From: Sedimentisphaerales bacterium
GTDB lineage: Bacteria; Planctomycetota; Phycisphaerae; Sedimentisphaerales; Anaerobacaceae
Direction: 5' to 3'
Assembly (NCBI GenBank): GCA_963708075.1
Contig: OY970194.1
Coordinates: forward strand, 5,472,001-5,536,000
Length of the DNA stretch: 64,000 nt
Below are positions 47,594-57,329 of this stretch, piece by piece (the first letter of the stretch is position 1; each line of letters opens with the position of its first letter). The notes below the pieces were generated by a model. That model saw only the letters and a program-made list of their open reading frames with translations. It searched no databases and was not told the DNA's origin. A program made the translations under genes and the position numbers.

Positions 47594-48830
47594 AAGTGAA
47601 TTACATAGCGAGGGTGGAAGGCGAGGCGGCGCTGGCTGTGGAGCTCGATGGCGAGACGTTCCTGCAATTGAAGATTTTCGAGCCCCCGCGGTTTTTCGAG
47701 GGCTTTCTCGTCGGCCGCAAGTATGACGAGGTCGGGGACATCGTCTCGCGGATCTGCGGGATCTGCCCGGTGTCCCACATGATCACGGCGATCCAGGCCG
47801 TTGAGAGAGCCACGGGGATCGAGGTCAGCGAGCAGACACTGACGCTGCGGCGGCTCATGTGCCTCAGCCAGATCGTCGCCAGCCACCTGGTGCACTTGTA
47901 CGTGCTGGCAATGCCGGACTATTACGGCTTTCCCGGAATCGTCGGTATGCAGGAGCGATTCGGCGACCGGCTCCTGCGGCTGATGCGGATGAAGGACGTG
48001 GTGAACAAGCTGACCGGTATCATCGGCGGCCGGGCGCTGCACCCGGTGACCGCGTTGCCCGGCGGCTTTACGGCAATCCCGAAGCAACGGGATTTTGCCG
48101 ACGTTCTGGAGGAACTGAAAGCGATCCGGCAGGACGCCGCGCAGGTGGTCCACGACGTCGCCGATTTCAAGATGCCCGACTTCCACGCGGATTGTGAGCA
48201 CCTGGCCCTTAATGTCGAGCAGCGGTACGCGATCAACGGTGGCACGATCGTCTCCGACAAGGGGCTGGCCATCGAGATCGAGCAGTACGGCGAGTATTTC
48301 CATGAGACCGAAGTCCCGTATGCGTTCACCAAGAAATCCACGATTGGGGACCAGACCACGATCCGGGTCGGTGCCCTGGCAAGGATGAACAACAAATTCG
48401 ACAAACTCCAGGAAGGTACGAAATCGCTCGCGCGGGAGATCGGCTTCTCGCCGCCGGATGATAATCCGTTTCATAACAACCTGGCGCAGAGCCTTGAGGT
48501 GGTGGACGGGGTCGAGCAGTGCATCCAGATCCTTGAGAACCGCCTCATTCGAGGACGAGGAGATTTACGCAAGCCCGGAGGCGGGCGAGGGCGGCGCGAT
48601 GACCGAGGCGCCTTCGCGGCCTGCTGTACCACTGGTACAGGATCGACAGGCAGGGAGTCGTCGAGGAGGCCAACATCGTTACGCCCACCTCTCACAACTT
48701 CCGGGTCATCGAGAGGGACCTGAAGGAGTTGGTCACCCGGCACCGGGACCTGGAGTCATCCACGCTGCGGCTTCTGTGCGAACAGCTCGTGCGGGCCTAC
48801 GACCCGTGTTTCTCCTGTTCCGTGCATTGA
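47548..48830 (+). CDS. [NiFe]-hydrogenase large (alpha) subunit, group 3b-like; frameshifts near 48540 and 48613
   Basis: ARVEGE, PRFFE, L1 RICGICPVSH, GRALHP, VGALAR; after removing two bases EAPRGLLYHWY, IVTPT, L2 RAYDPCFSCSVH then TGA at 48828-48830. The start may be GTG 47572. Confidence 0.92.
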
Positions 48831-48867
48831 ATCATAAATAGATAATCGTGAACCCCAGGGGTGTAAC

Positions 48868-49275
48868 ATGATCGAGTATGGATTCGTCAAAGAGCTGGAT
48901 ATGGATTTTGAATCGGCCCTGGAAACGGTGAAAAACTCGCTGAGAGAGGAAGGCTTCAACATCCTGACGGCCATCGACGTCCGGGAGAAACTACAGGAGA
49001 AGCTCGGCGTCGATTTCCCGAAGTACGTGATCCTCGGCGCATGCGACGCCACCAGTGCGCACAAGGCGCTGATGGTGGAAGAGAATATTGGGTTGATGCT
49101 GCCCTGCAATGTGGTCGTGCACGAGAGCGACGGCAAGACCGTCGTGGCGGCGATCCGGCCGACCGTCGCCATGCAGATGATCGATAATCTCGATCTGCGG
49201 CGCATCGCCAAAGATGTCGAGCGCAGGCTCAAGCACGTCATCGACTCCCTCCAGCCGGTGGAGGCACTGACATAG
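48868..49275 (+). CDS. DUF302 domain protein
   Basis: L..EGF.IL..IDV...L..KLG..F..Y.ILGAC, IGLMLPCNVVV. Confidence 0.9.
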   Translation: MIEYGFVKELDMDFESALETVKNSLREEGFNILTAIDVREKLQEKLGVDFPKYVILGACDATSAHKALMVEENIGLMLPCNVVVHESDGKTVVAAIRPTVAMQMIDNLDLRRIAKDVERRLKHVIDSLQPVEALT

Positions 49276-49470
49276 GTCACAGACTGCCCGCCGGCAAATA
49301 ACGGCGGGTGGCAGCGGCAAGCAGAGAGAGGCGGAGCTTGCCGATGCCACCCAGCACAGTGCCCTAAAACTCGCACAGACGCGCGCGGACCGCCGGATTT
49401 TTTGTGCTGGACTTGTGACCACCCATCGGGTATCAGCGAAGTCAGCTTTGATAACTGGGGCGCCCCCCTG

Positions 49471-51474
49471 ATGGAGGACAAGGCCATGCAGGAGTCTGAC
49501 CGTGCGGCAATTGTGCGTTGGTGGTTGTGTGCAGGACTCGTGGCTCTTGCGCTGCGGCCCGGGAGCGCTCTGGCGGAGGAGACCGACAGCACCATCCCTT
49601 GGCCGCGTCAGTACAAGATCAAGCCCCATGAGAAAGACCGTTTGACTGCGGCCGACGTTGTCGGACCGGATGGAATCGTGTACCCCAACTGGACCCGGTG
49701 CGGCGTGCAGGGGGGTATCCCGACAGTGGAGGTCGTGGCGAACGTCGAAGACTTCGGGGCTGTGGCCGATGACGATCTGGACGACTCGAAGGCCCTCCAG
49801 GAGGCCTGTGACCGCGCGGGCCGCACGGGTGGCGCTGTCCTGATTGGCGAAGGGACGTACCGCCTGGATCGGCCCGTGACCGTTCGGCATGACAAGGTGG
49901 TCATCAGAGGCAAAGGTCCGTCACGGACTCGCCTGATCTTCCGGTATGCGATCCCCAAAGAAGGAGTGACCTTCTTCAGCCCTCCTGCCGACTCGCGCAT
50001 AGGCGGGGATACGCGGATCGAGTTGCACTGCCTGCCCGCGGGCCTTGCGAAGATGACGCTGATGATTGACGGCACCACGATTGGCGCCTGGGCCTCAGGC
50101 CAGCACTCGGGGAACACCTTCAGTTTTGCCGTGTACGCAAGAGCAATCCCTAAAGAGGTGCCCGATGGCCGACACACGCTCAAAGGCATCGCGGAATACC
50201 GGGACGGCTCCAGGCGAGTCGCTGAGATCCCCATCGTCCTCGATCGTACGTTCAAGGACAGGCGATTCGTCCCCGACTCGCGGGCGGCCATAACGTTCGC
50301 GGGACAAGGGACGGTTGGCGAGAAGCTGGAGCTCGCAAGCGATGGCAAACGGGGGGATGCCGAGCTGCACTTGCAGAGCACGGGAGACTTGAAAACCGGC
50401 GATTGCATCTTCATCGATGGCCCGGCGACGAGCCGATGGAAGAAGCTGACCCGAAATGCGTGCGAGTGGGGCATGTACCGCAACTATGAAGCTGTCGTTA
50501 CAGGCATCGCCGGCGGGTCTGTCTCCATCAGTCAGCCGCTGCGCATTGAGTTTCCGGTGATCGACGGTTCGTACGTGCAGAAGGTCGTCCCGATCCAACG
50601 CTGCGGAATCGAGGACCTCTACCTGGAGCAGACCGAGAATCTGTGGATCACGGGCGTGCTGTTCGCCCACGGGTGGAACTGCTGGGCGCGCGGCGTGACG
50701 GTGAAGAAATGCGGGCGGTTTCCCGTCTACGGCTCGATGGCCAAGTGGTGCGAGATCCGGGACTGCACCTTCGATGACGCCTGGTTCAAAGGCGGTGGGG
50801 GGACGGCGTACACGGGCTGGGATCGCTGCTGGGATTGTCTGATGGAAAACGTCGAAACCTTCCAAATGCGACACGCGCCTTTGTTTCAGTGGGCGGCCAG
50901 CGGATGCGTCATCCGCAAGAGCACGTTTCATGAGAGTGATGCTCAGTGGCACGCCGGCTGGACGAATGAGAATCTGATCGAGCAATGCGTCGTGGAATCC
51001 GTCCAGGGTCACGGCGGGTACGGCTATGGCATGTGGGCCTCGCCGCCGGAAGATACGGCACACGGGCCGAATGGACCCCGGAACGTCGTCTACAACTGCG
51101 ATATCCGCTCGCAAAAAGCCGGGGTCTGGATGGGCGGCATGAACGAGAATTGGTTGATCCTGCACAACCGGTTCACCATCGACGGCGGCCCCGGCGTCTT
51201 TGCCAAGGCGACCAGCTTCGATCACATCGTCAAGGGAAACGTTTTCGTATTGAAAGATGGCAAGTCGCCGATGATCCAACTGGCCGCTGCGGATTGCATA
51301 GGCGTTGAGGTGGTCGGCAACAGTCTCTATGGAGGCAACGGTCACTTCGTGTCAGGCCAGGCACAGCCGGTTTTGTCCGAAGAGAACCAGGCATTTCCGC
51401 TCTCGCCCGCCTCCCGGCCGCAACCCCAGGTGCCATCAATCTATGAGTGGCAGCGCCGGAATCAAGACCATTGA
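49471..51474 (+). CDS. Secreted right-handed beta-helix protein (pectate lyase 3/GH28-like fold)
   Basis: Signal peptide ALA|E; NVEDFGAVADD..DDSKALQ.A.D, V.IGEGTY.L, GIEDL, repeated parallel beta-helix turns. The start could be 49486. Confidence 0.8.
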   Translation: MEDKAMQESDRAAIVRWWLCAGLVALALRPGSALAEETDSTIPWPRQYKIKPHEKDRLTAADVVGPDGIVYPNWTRCGVQGGIPTVEVVANVEDFGAVADDDLDDSKALQEACDRAGRTGGAVLIGEGTYRLDRPVTVRHDKVVIRGKGPSRTRLIFRYAIPKEGVTFFSPPADSRIGGDTRIELHCLPAGLAKMTLMIDGTTIGAWASGQHSGNTFSFAVYARAIPKEVPDGRHTLKGIAEYRDGSRRVAEIPIVLDRTFKDRRFVPDSRAAITFAGQGTVGEKLELASDGKRGDAELHLQSTGDLKTGDCIFIDGPATSRWKKLTRNACEWGMYRNYEAVVTGIAGGSVSISQPLRIEFPVIDGSYVQKVVPIQRCGIEDLYLEQTENLWITGVLFAHGWNCWARGVTVKKCGRFPVYGSMAKWCEIRDCTFDDAWFKGGGGTAYTGWDRCWDCLMENVETFQMRHAPLFQWAASGCVIRKSTFHESDAQWHAGWTNENLIEQCVVESVQGHGGYGYGMWASPPEDTAHGPNGPRNVVYNCDIRSQKAGVWMGGMNENWLILHNRFTIDGGPGVFAKATSFDHIVKGNVFVLKDGKSPMIQLAAADCIGVEVVGNSLYGGNGHFVSGQAQPVLSEENQAFPLSPASRPQPQVPSIYEWQRRNQDH

Positions 51475-51618
51475 GTCGGATGGGTGCCTGGATTGTCGTA
51501 ACTTCAAGCGTGGGTAGACGTTGCAGTCCGCCACGAAAACGGGTATCCTGACACGGCCGTTGTGCAGGCGGCATTTTGGGTCCGCCGGGCCTATGGTAGT
51601 TGACTAGGAGTGCAGATC

Positions 51619-52590
51619 ATGAAAAATGCGCTGTGGATTGTTCTGTTTGTCGTTGTGGCCGGCTTGCTGGTGGCTGTGGGAGTGCTCCGCAAGGGCGGCG
51701 GTGAGACGCCCAGGCGAATCGGGGTCGTGCCCAAGGAGACGGCATCGGTGTACTGGGAGGGCGTCCGGCAGGGGGCGCTGAAGGCGGGGCAAGAGGAGAA
51801 GTATGAGATTCTCTGGAACGGTCCGGAGATCGAGACGGACTGCGAGCGGCAGATTCAGATCGTCGAGGACATGATCGCCCAGAAGGTCGCCGGCATCGTC
51901 CTGGCCCCGAGCAATCGCAAGGCTCTTGTCCCGGCCGTCGAGAAGACCTACGGGAAGAACATCCCCTGCGTAATCGTCGATTCCGGCGTAGAGACCGACA
52001 AGTACCTCTCCTATATGGCCACGGACAACCGCAAGGGCGGCGTTCTGGCCGCCAAACGCATCGGCGAAATCCTCGGCGGCAAGGGCCGGATCATCGTCGT
52101 GGCGTGGACGCCCAACTCCGCCTCCACGGACGCGCGCCTCGAGGGCTTCCGCGAGACGCTGGCAAAGGAATTCCCCGGCATGGAGATCGTTGACACGCAA
52201 TTCCCCAACCCGCCCACGATGGACAAGGCCCGCGACGTCACCCAGGACATGCTGACGCGGAACAATGATGTGGCGGGCATCTTCGCCTGCAACGCCACGA
52301 CGGCCGGCGGCGCGCTGACGGCCCTGCGGGACTTCCAGAAGGGCGAGAAGAAGATCAAGATGGTCGGGTTTGACGCCTGGCCGCTGCTCGTGGACGGGCT
52401 GAAGGAGGGCGACCTCGACAGCCTGATCATTCAGAACCCCTTCAAAATGGGCTACGAGGGCGTCAAGGCGATTGTCCGCCAGATCAAGGGCGAGCAGGTC
52501 CCCAAAGAGGTGGATACGGGCGTCGAGCTGATCACGAAGGACGGGCTCAGCGACCCCAGGATCAAGGAGTTGCTCGAATCGCAGATATGA
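51619..52590 (+). CDS. Sugar ABC transporter substrate-binding protein (RbsB-like)
   Basis: IGVVPK, YWEGVRQGA, GIVLAPS, ATDN.KGG, R.EGF, GFD, QNPFKMGY, VDTGV. The start could be GTG 51610. Confidence 0.92.
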   Translation: MKNALWIVLFVVVAGLLVAVGVLRKGGGETPRRIGVVPKETASVYWEGVRQGALKAGQEEKYEILWNGPEIETDCERQIQIVEDMIAQKVAGIVLAPSNRKALVPAVEKTYGKNIPCVIVDSGVETDKYLSYMATDNRKGGVLAAKRIGEILGGKGRIIVVAWTPNSASTDARLEGFRETLAKEFPGMEIVDTQFPNPPTMDKARDVTQDMLTRNNDVAGIFACNATTAGGALTALRDFQKGEKKIKMVGFDAWPLLVDGLKEGDLDSLIIQNPFKMGYEGVKAIVRQIKGEQVPKEVDTGVELITKDGLSDPRIKELLESQI

Positions 52591-52696
52591 CCGGCACAGG
52601 TGAGAAGTATGATTTTTGATGGTTGATTTTTGATTTTGGAGGTCCGCACACATCAACAATCACAAATCAGAAATCACACTTCCAACGGCCCTGCGC

Positions 52697-54172
52697 ATGA
52701 CGGGTATCTCCAAGCGGTTCGGCCCCGTGCAGGCGGTGCGGGATGTCCATCTGGCCGTCCGCAAGGGCACGGTGCACGCGCTGGTCGGCGAGAATGGCGC
52801 GGGCAAATCCACACTCATGAAAATCCTTGCCGGCGTGTATCAGCCCGACTCCGGCTCCATCGAGATTCACGGGCGGTCCGCGATCTTCACGAATCCCGCT
52901 CAGGCCATCGAGGCGGGTGTCTCGATGATCTATCAGGAGTTGGACCTGGCCGAGCATCTGACGGCGGCCGAGAATATTTACCTTGGCGCCGAGCCCAAAG
53001 GGTCCCTGCCGTTTACGATCAGTCACAAACAGATGCTCGCAAGGGCAAACGAGCTCGCCGGGCGATTTCACTTCGAGATCGATGCCGGCGCCAAGGTCGA
53101 GGACCTTCCCACCGGTGACTGCCAGATCGTCGAGATTCTCAAGGCCCTGCGCCGCAACGCCTCGATCATTGTCATGGACGAGCCCACGTCCTCGCTCTCG
53201 GAGCGCGAGGCGGAAAGGCTCTTCGAGGTCGTTCGCCGGCTCCGCAGCGAGGGGCTCTCGATCATCTACATCTCGCACCGGCTGGAAGAGATCGTCGATC
53301 TGGCCGACGAGGTCAGCGTCCTGCGCGACGGGGAACTCGTTACGTCCGAGGCCATGACGAGCCTGGACATTCCGAAGATCGTGCACCACATGGTGGGACG
53401 CGAGCTGACGGACTTCTTCCCGCAGCGCAGCATCAGCCTCGGCGAGGTCCTCGTTCAGGTCACGGACCTGTCCTCCGAGGCGGGCATTCGCGACATCGGG
53501 TTCGAGGTCCGCCGGGGCGAGATCGTCGGCATGGCCGGCCTGGTGGGCGCCGGCAGGACCGAGGTCGCCCGGGCCATCTTCGGCGTGGACAAGAAGACGA
53601 CCGGCCGGGTCGTCCTCGACGGCCGGGAATTGAATATCGACTCGCCCGCCGAGGCTATCGCCAGCGGCATTGCTTTGCTCACGGAGGATCGCAAGCGGAC
53701 TGGCCTGTGCCTGGAGCTGCCCTGCAGTTGGAATATCACGCTGCCGAACCTCGGCCAGATCGGTTTCAAGCCATTCATCAAGCCGGCGCAGGAGACCCGG
53801 ATCGCGGCCGAAGTGGGCTCGCGCATCGCGGTCAAGTGGTCCTCGCCGCAAGCGCCCGCCAGCTCCCTGTCCGGCGGCAACCAGCAGAAGCTGCTCATCG
53901 CCCGCTGGCTTCTGGCCGACTCGAAATTCATGATCTTCGACGAGCCCACGCGGGGTATCGACGTCGGGGCCAAGATCGAGGTCTATACCCTGCTCAACAA
54001 ACTCGCCGAGCAGGGCAAGGCGATCCTGTTCATCTCCTCCGAGTTGCCCGAGTTGTTCGGCGTCGCGGACCGAATCCTTGTGATGCGCCGGGGAAAGCTG
54101 GTCGGCAACCTTGTGACCGCGGAGACGACGCCTGAGGGAGTGATGCACCTGGCCGCTGTGGAGGAAAACTGA
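52697..54172 (+). CDS. Sugar ABC transporter ATP-binding protein (RbsA-like, two ABC domains)
   Basis: GENGAGKSTL, MDEPTSSL, ISHRLEE, GLVGAGRTE, EDRK..GL, LSGGNQQK, DEPTRGIDVGAK. Confidence 0.96.
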   Translation: MTGISKRFGPVQAVRDVHLAVRKGTVHALVGENGAGKSTLMKILAGVYQPDSGSIEIHGRSAIFTNPAQAIEAGVSMIYQELDLAEHLTAAENIYLGAEPKGSLPFTISHKQMLARANELAGRFHFEIDAGAKVEDLPTGDCQIVEILKALRRNASIIVMDEPTSSLSEREAERLFEVVRRLRSEGLSIIYISHRLEEIVDLADEVSVLRDGELVTSEAMTSLDIPKIVHHMVGRELTDFFPQRSISLGEVLVQVTDLSSEAGIRDIGFEVRRGEIVGMAGLVGAGRTEVARAIFGVDKKTTGRVVLDGRELNIDSPAEAIASGIALLTEDRKRTGLCLELPCSWNITLPNLGQIGFKPFIKPAQETRIAAEVGSRIAVKWSSPQAPASSLSGGNQQKLLIARWLLADSKFMIFDEPTRGIDVGAKIEVYTLLNKLAEQGKAILFISSELPELFGVADRILVMRRGKLVGNLVTAETTPEGVMHLAAVEEN

Positions 54173-55129
54173 ATGAACAAATTCACGCGACAATTGCTGC
54201 CCTTTGCAGGGTTGATTCTGCTCGTTGCCGTCCTGGCGGCTCTCAAGCCGAACACATTTGCGACGGCCGAGAACTTCTTCAACGTCCTGAGCCGCTCCAG
54301 CGTCAACGGCATCATCGCGATGGGCATGACGGCTGTCATCATCTCCGGCGGCATCGACCTGTCCGTCGGCTCGATGATGGCCCTGTGCGGTATGGTCGCG
54401 GGACTGATCATGACGAAACACGGCGAGATCGTCCCCACCATCGGACTGATGTGGATCGGGACGTTCGCCGGCGTCGGCACGGGGCTTCTCTGCGGCCTGC
54501 TCAACGGCGGCCTGATCACCAAGCTCAACCTGCCGCCCTTCATCGTCACGCTCGGCACGATGAGCGCCTTTCGCGGCATCTCCTACGTGATGAACAAGGG
54601 CATGATGTTCGACGTGCCTACCTACAAATTCCTCGGCCAGGCCACCCTGGGCGGCATCCCGGTCAACGTGCTGATCTTCCTTCTGATCGTTCTGCTCGCG
54701 TTCTTCCTTCTGCGGTACACGCCGCTGGGCCGGTACACCTACGCGATCGGCTCGAACCGCCAGGCCGCGTATCACGCCGGCGTGAACGTGGACCGCAACC
54801 TGCTGGCGATCTACACTCTCACCGGCCTGTTCGTCGGCATCGCCGCCATGATCGCCACCAGCCGAACCGTTTCCGCCCAGCCGACCGCGGGCATCAGCCT
54901 GGAGCTCGACATCATCGCCGCCGTCGTCATCGGAGGCGCCAGCCTCTCCGGCGGCCGGGGCACCATCATCGGCACGATTATCGGAACCCTGCTCATCAGC
55001 TTCCTTCGCAACGGCCTGACCCTGCTCGGCATCTCCACCAATATCCAGCTCGTCGTCATTGGCGCCATCATCATCACCGCCGTCGCCGTCGACCAGATGG
55101 CCCGAGCCAAAGCCGTCGAAAGCCGGTAG
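54173..55129 (+). CDS. Sugar ABC transporter permease (RbsC-like)
   Basis: GGIDLSVGS, PPFIVTLG, GRYTYAIGSN, ELDIIAAVVIGGASLSGG.G. Confidence 0.96.
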   Translation: MNKFTRQLLPFAGLILLVAVLAALKPNTFATAENFFNVLSRSSVNGIIAMGMTAVIISGGIDLSVGSMMALCGMVAGLIMTKHGEIVPTIGLMWIGTFAGVGTGLLCGLLNGGLITKLNLPPFIVTLGTMSAFRGISYVMNKGMMFDVPTYKFLGQATLGGIPVNVLIFLLIVLLAFFLLRYTPLGRYTYAIGSNRQAAYHAGVNVDRNLLAIYTLTGLFVGIAAMIATSRTVSAQPTAGISLELDIIAAVVIGGASLSGGRGTIIGTIIGTLLISFLRNGLTLLGISTNIQLVVIGAIIITAVAVDQMARAKAVESR

Positions 55130-55490
55130 CACCGATTACAATCGGGTATCTCGGGTATCTCGTCCCTCCCGGGTGGCAGCGGCAGATGGAGTCTGACGAT
55201 GGTGGGTGGGCTGCCATTCATTGCATCGAATGAATAGCGATGGGAGTGGTCCACGAAGAGCGTCCGAAAACATCGACTCCTTCGGTTCGCCAGTCCCTAT
55301 TTGCGTCCATCGAAGCACGCCGGCGACTGGTCCGGAAAGACCCCATAGGTAATACGAGATTGTTTATGGGGCGACTGCTGCCGGTCGTCGGGATGGGCAT
55401 TTGGGGTTAAAGCGGCATCGGTGCCCTGTCGAACTCTATCCCAGGGTTTCATACCCTGCAACGATAAGGTCCTTGTGAACGTGGAGACCT

Positions 55491-56123
55491 ATGAGTCAGA
55501 CTGAACGACAGAAACGGCTTCGCCTGCTGGTCAAGAAGCTCAACCGGGAACGCAAGCGGCAGGCGAACAAGGTGGATATCCTGTGCAATGACCTGATCGG
55601 CGCACAGCGGGAGTTCATGCACCGGCTGAACCAGATCGGCTTTGCCGCCCGTTTCTACAAGGGCCTGCTGGGCGCCGCGGACCTCAGGACTGTGGTCGTT
55701 CATGCCGGCCGGCTCCTCCGGGAGGAGCTGCACGGCGCTCGCGTCGTGTTCTTTCTGCGCCAGGGCGACGGCGGCGAGACGCGCCCCTGGGACGTGGACC
55801 CGGCGTGTGGCGACTGCGAAGACGTGAGGTTGGAGGACTACCTGACGCCGGGCCTGGCGGCGGGCATCTCCAAATCGAATCGCCTGTGCACGATGGACGA
55901 TCTGTTCGGCATGGGCCTGGAGGGCAACCGCCAGGTGCTCAATGGGCTCTCGGCCGTCACGGTCCCGCTCAGCGATCTGGGGCGGTCTCTGGGCTTCGTG
56001 CTCCTGTGCCGGACGACGGATCACCCGCTTCACAACGACGAGGTAGAGAGGGTGACTCTCGTCGCCTGCGGCCTGTCCCAAGCCATCCGAACCTGCGGCG
56101 TGCCTTCACTGCCACGGGAATAA
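55491..56123 (+). CDS. Hypothetical protein (coiled-coil N-terminus, GAF-like C-terminus)
   Basis: GGAG RBS; AVTVPL....RSLGFVLL..........EVE......L..AI resembles the end of a GAF domain. Confidence 0.7.
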   Translation: MSQTERQKRLRLLVKKLNRERKRQANKVDILCNDLIGAQREFMHRLNQIGFAARFYKGLLGAADLRTVVVHAGRLLREELHGARVVFFLRQGDGGETRPWDVDPACGDCEDVRLEDYLTPGLAAGISKSNRLCTMDDLFGMGLEGNRQVLNGLSAVTVPLSDLGRSLGFVLLCRTTDHPLHNDEVERVTLVACGLSQAIRTCGVPSLPRE

Positions 56124-56413
56124 CGGCTGAAACCGGCTCCCCCGATGGCGTCGGCCAGTAGGAAGTGTCCTTCCCAAGGCCGCGAATTCCCCATTTGCGG
56201 GCCCAACACCGCGTCCCGATCGTAGCGACATAATCGCGACCTGCCCAAGAATTTGCTTGCATTTTGGTCGGGTGGGCCTATAATCCTGCACAGCGTTCGC
56301 AGCGAGGCGGTGTCCCCCCGCCCGATCTCACGCCGGCCTGCTGCCATGACGCCGGGGGATGCGGTGCGTTCTCATCTCCGATAGACCAAACAGCCGTAAT
56401 AGGGGATCCAGAC

Positions 56414-57124
56414 ATGAACGAGGGACCGGTAAGCCAGGGTGCGATGATCGAAACCACCGACTGCCTTGAGGCCGTGGGTGTCTTCCGAGGGTGGAAGAAT
56501 CTGTTCTTTCTGATTATGGTGGTCTGTCTGCTGCTGGTGCAAGCGGCTTTCTGGCTTGTGGATCTGAAGATGGTTCCGGCAGGTGGAGATGGTTCAGCTC
56601 CCGTGGTCAGTACCGCGCCGGCCGATGCGAACGCCGTCGCAGGTGCGGCCGCCGAACCCAACCAGCCTTCCCGCCGCGTTGCCGATGTGGCCAAGCTGCC
56701 CGCCCAACTCCTTGGGAGGCTCGACGCCGGGCATCTGGCACGCGCCCTTGAGCTTATCAACGGCATCCTGATCGTCGCCGTCGTGCTCTACGTCCTGGCG
56801 ATGTTCTTCAACCTGATCGTCTCGCTGGTCGGCAGGCTGGGCGGCATCCGGCACATCTCCCGCGCCTTCTTCCTGTCCGTGATCGTGCTCGTGCTCGTCA
56901 TCCCGTGGCAGACAGTGGTCGGCTCGCGCGTGCCCGGCGTGCTGTACACCCTGCCCGAGCTGCTCGATTGGATGGCAGGCAAGAACGAGAGCCTGTTCAA
57001 CACAGTCATGTACTACCTCCGCTTCAGCGGCTACTGGCTGGCCTTCCTGCTGCTGGCGCTCATCTGCCAGTTGCGAAGCGCCCGCTGGACCAAGTCCATC
57101 CTCCGCCGGCTGGAGATCATCTGA
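56414..57124 (+). CDS. Hypothetical membrane protein (about 4 TM)
   Basis: Hydrophobic helices with host-like codons; upstream TTGCAT-N16-TATAAT at 56257-56284. Confidence 0.75.
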   Translation: MNEGPVSQGAMIETTDCLEAVGVFRGWKNLFFLIMVVCLLLVQAAFWLVDLKMVPAGGDGSAPVVSTAPADANAVAGAAAEPNQPSRRVADVAKLPAQLLGRLDAGHLARALELINGILIVAVVLYVLAMFFNLIVSLVGRLGGIRHISRAFFLSVIVLVLVIPWQTVVGSRVPGVLYTLPELLDWMAGKNESLFNTVMYYLRFSGYWLAFLLLALICQLRSARWTKSILRRLEII

Positions 57125-57329
57125 CCTTCCGCTATGGCTGAGCAGGTCTTTTGTGCCGGTGACAGTAAGTCTGTCTGCGCAGACGTTCTGCGCCTCATAG
57201 CCGGGACTCACATCAGTACCACGACCATTCTGACAGTGTATGTAGAGAATAGCGATTACGATGGGTGGCAGCGGCAAGCTCCGAAGACTCCTGCCACCCG
57301 ATACCCACAAGATTAGCGTAGCGGCAGTA

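Noticed and set aside
42500..48620. Programmed ribosomal frameshifting in the Cu-ATPase or hydrogenase genes
   Set aside because: No X-XXY-YYZ slippery heptamers at the breaks, two breaks per gene, and the same error pattern in unrelated genes.
48810..48830. Selenocysteine read-through in the hydrogenase large subunit
   Set aside because: Both L2 cysteines are TGT codons, and the TGA follows the terminal His.
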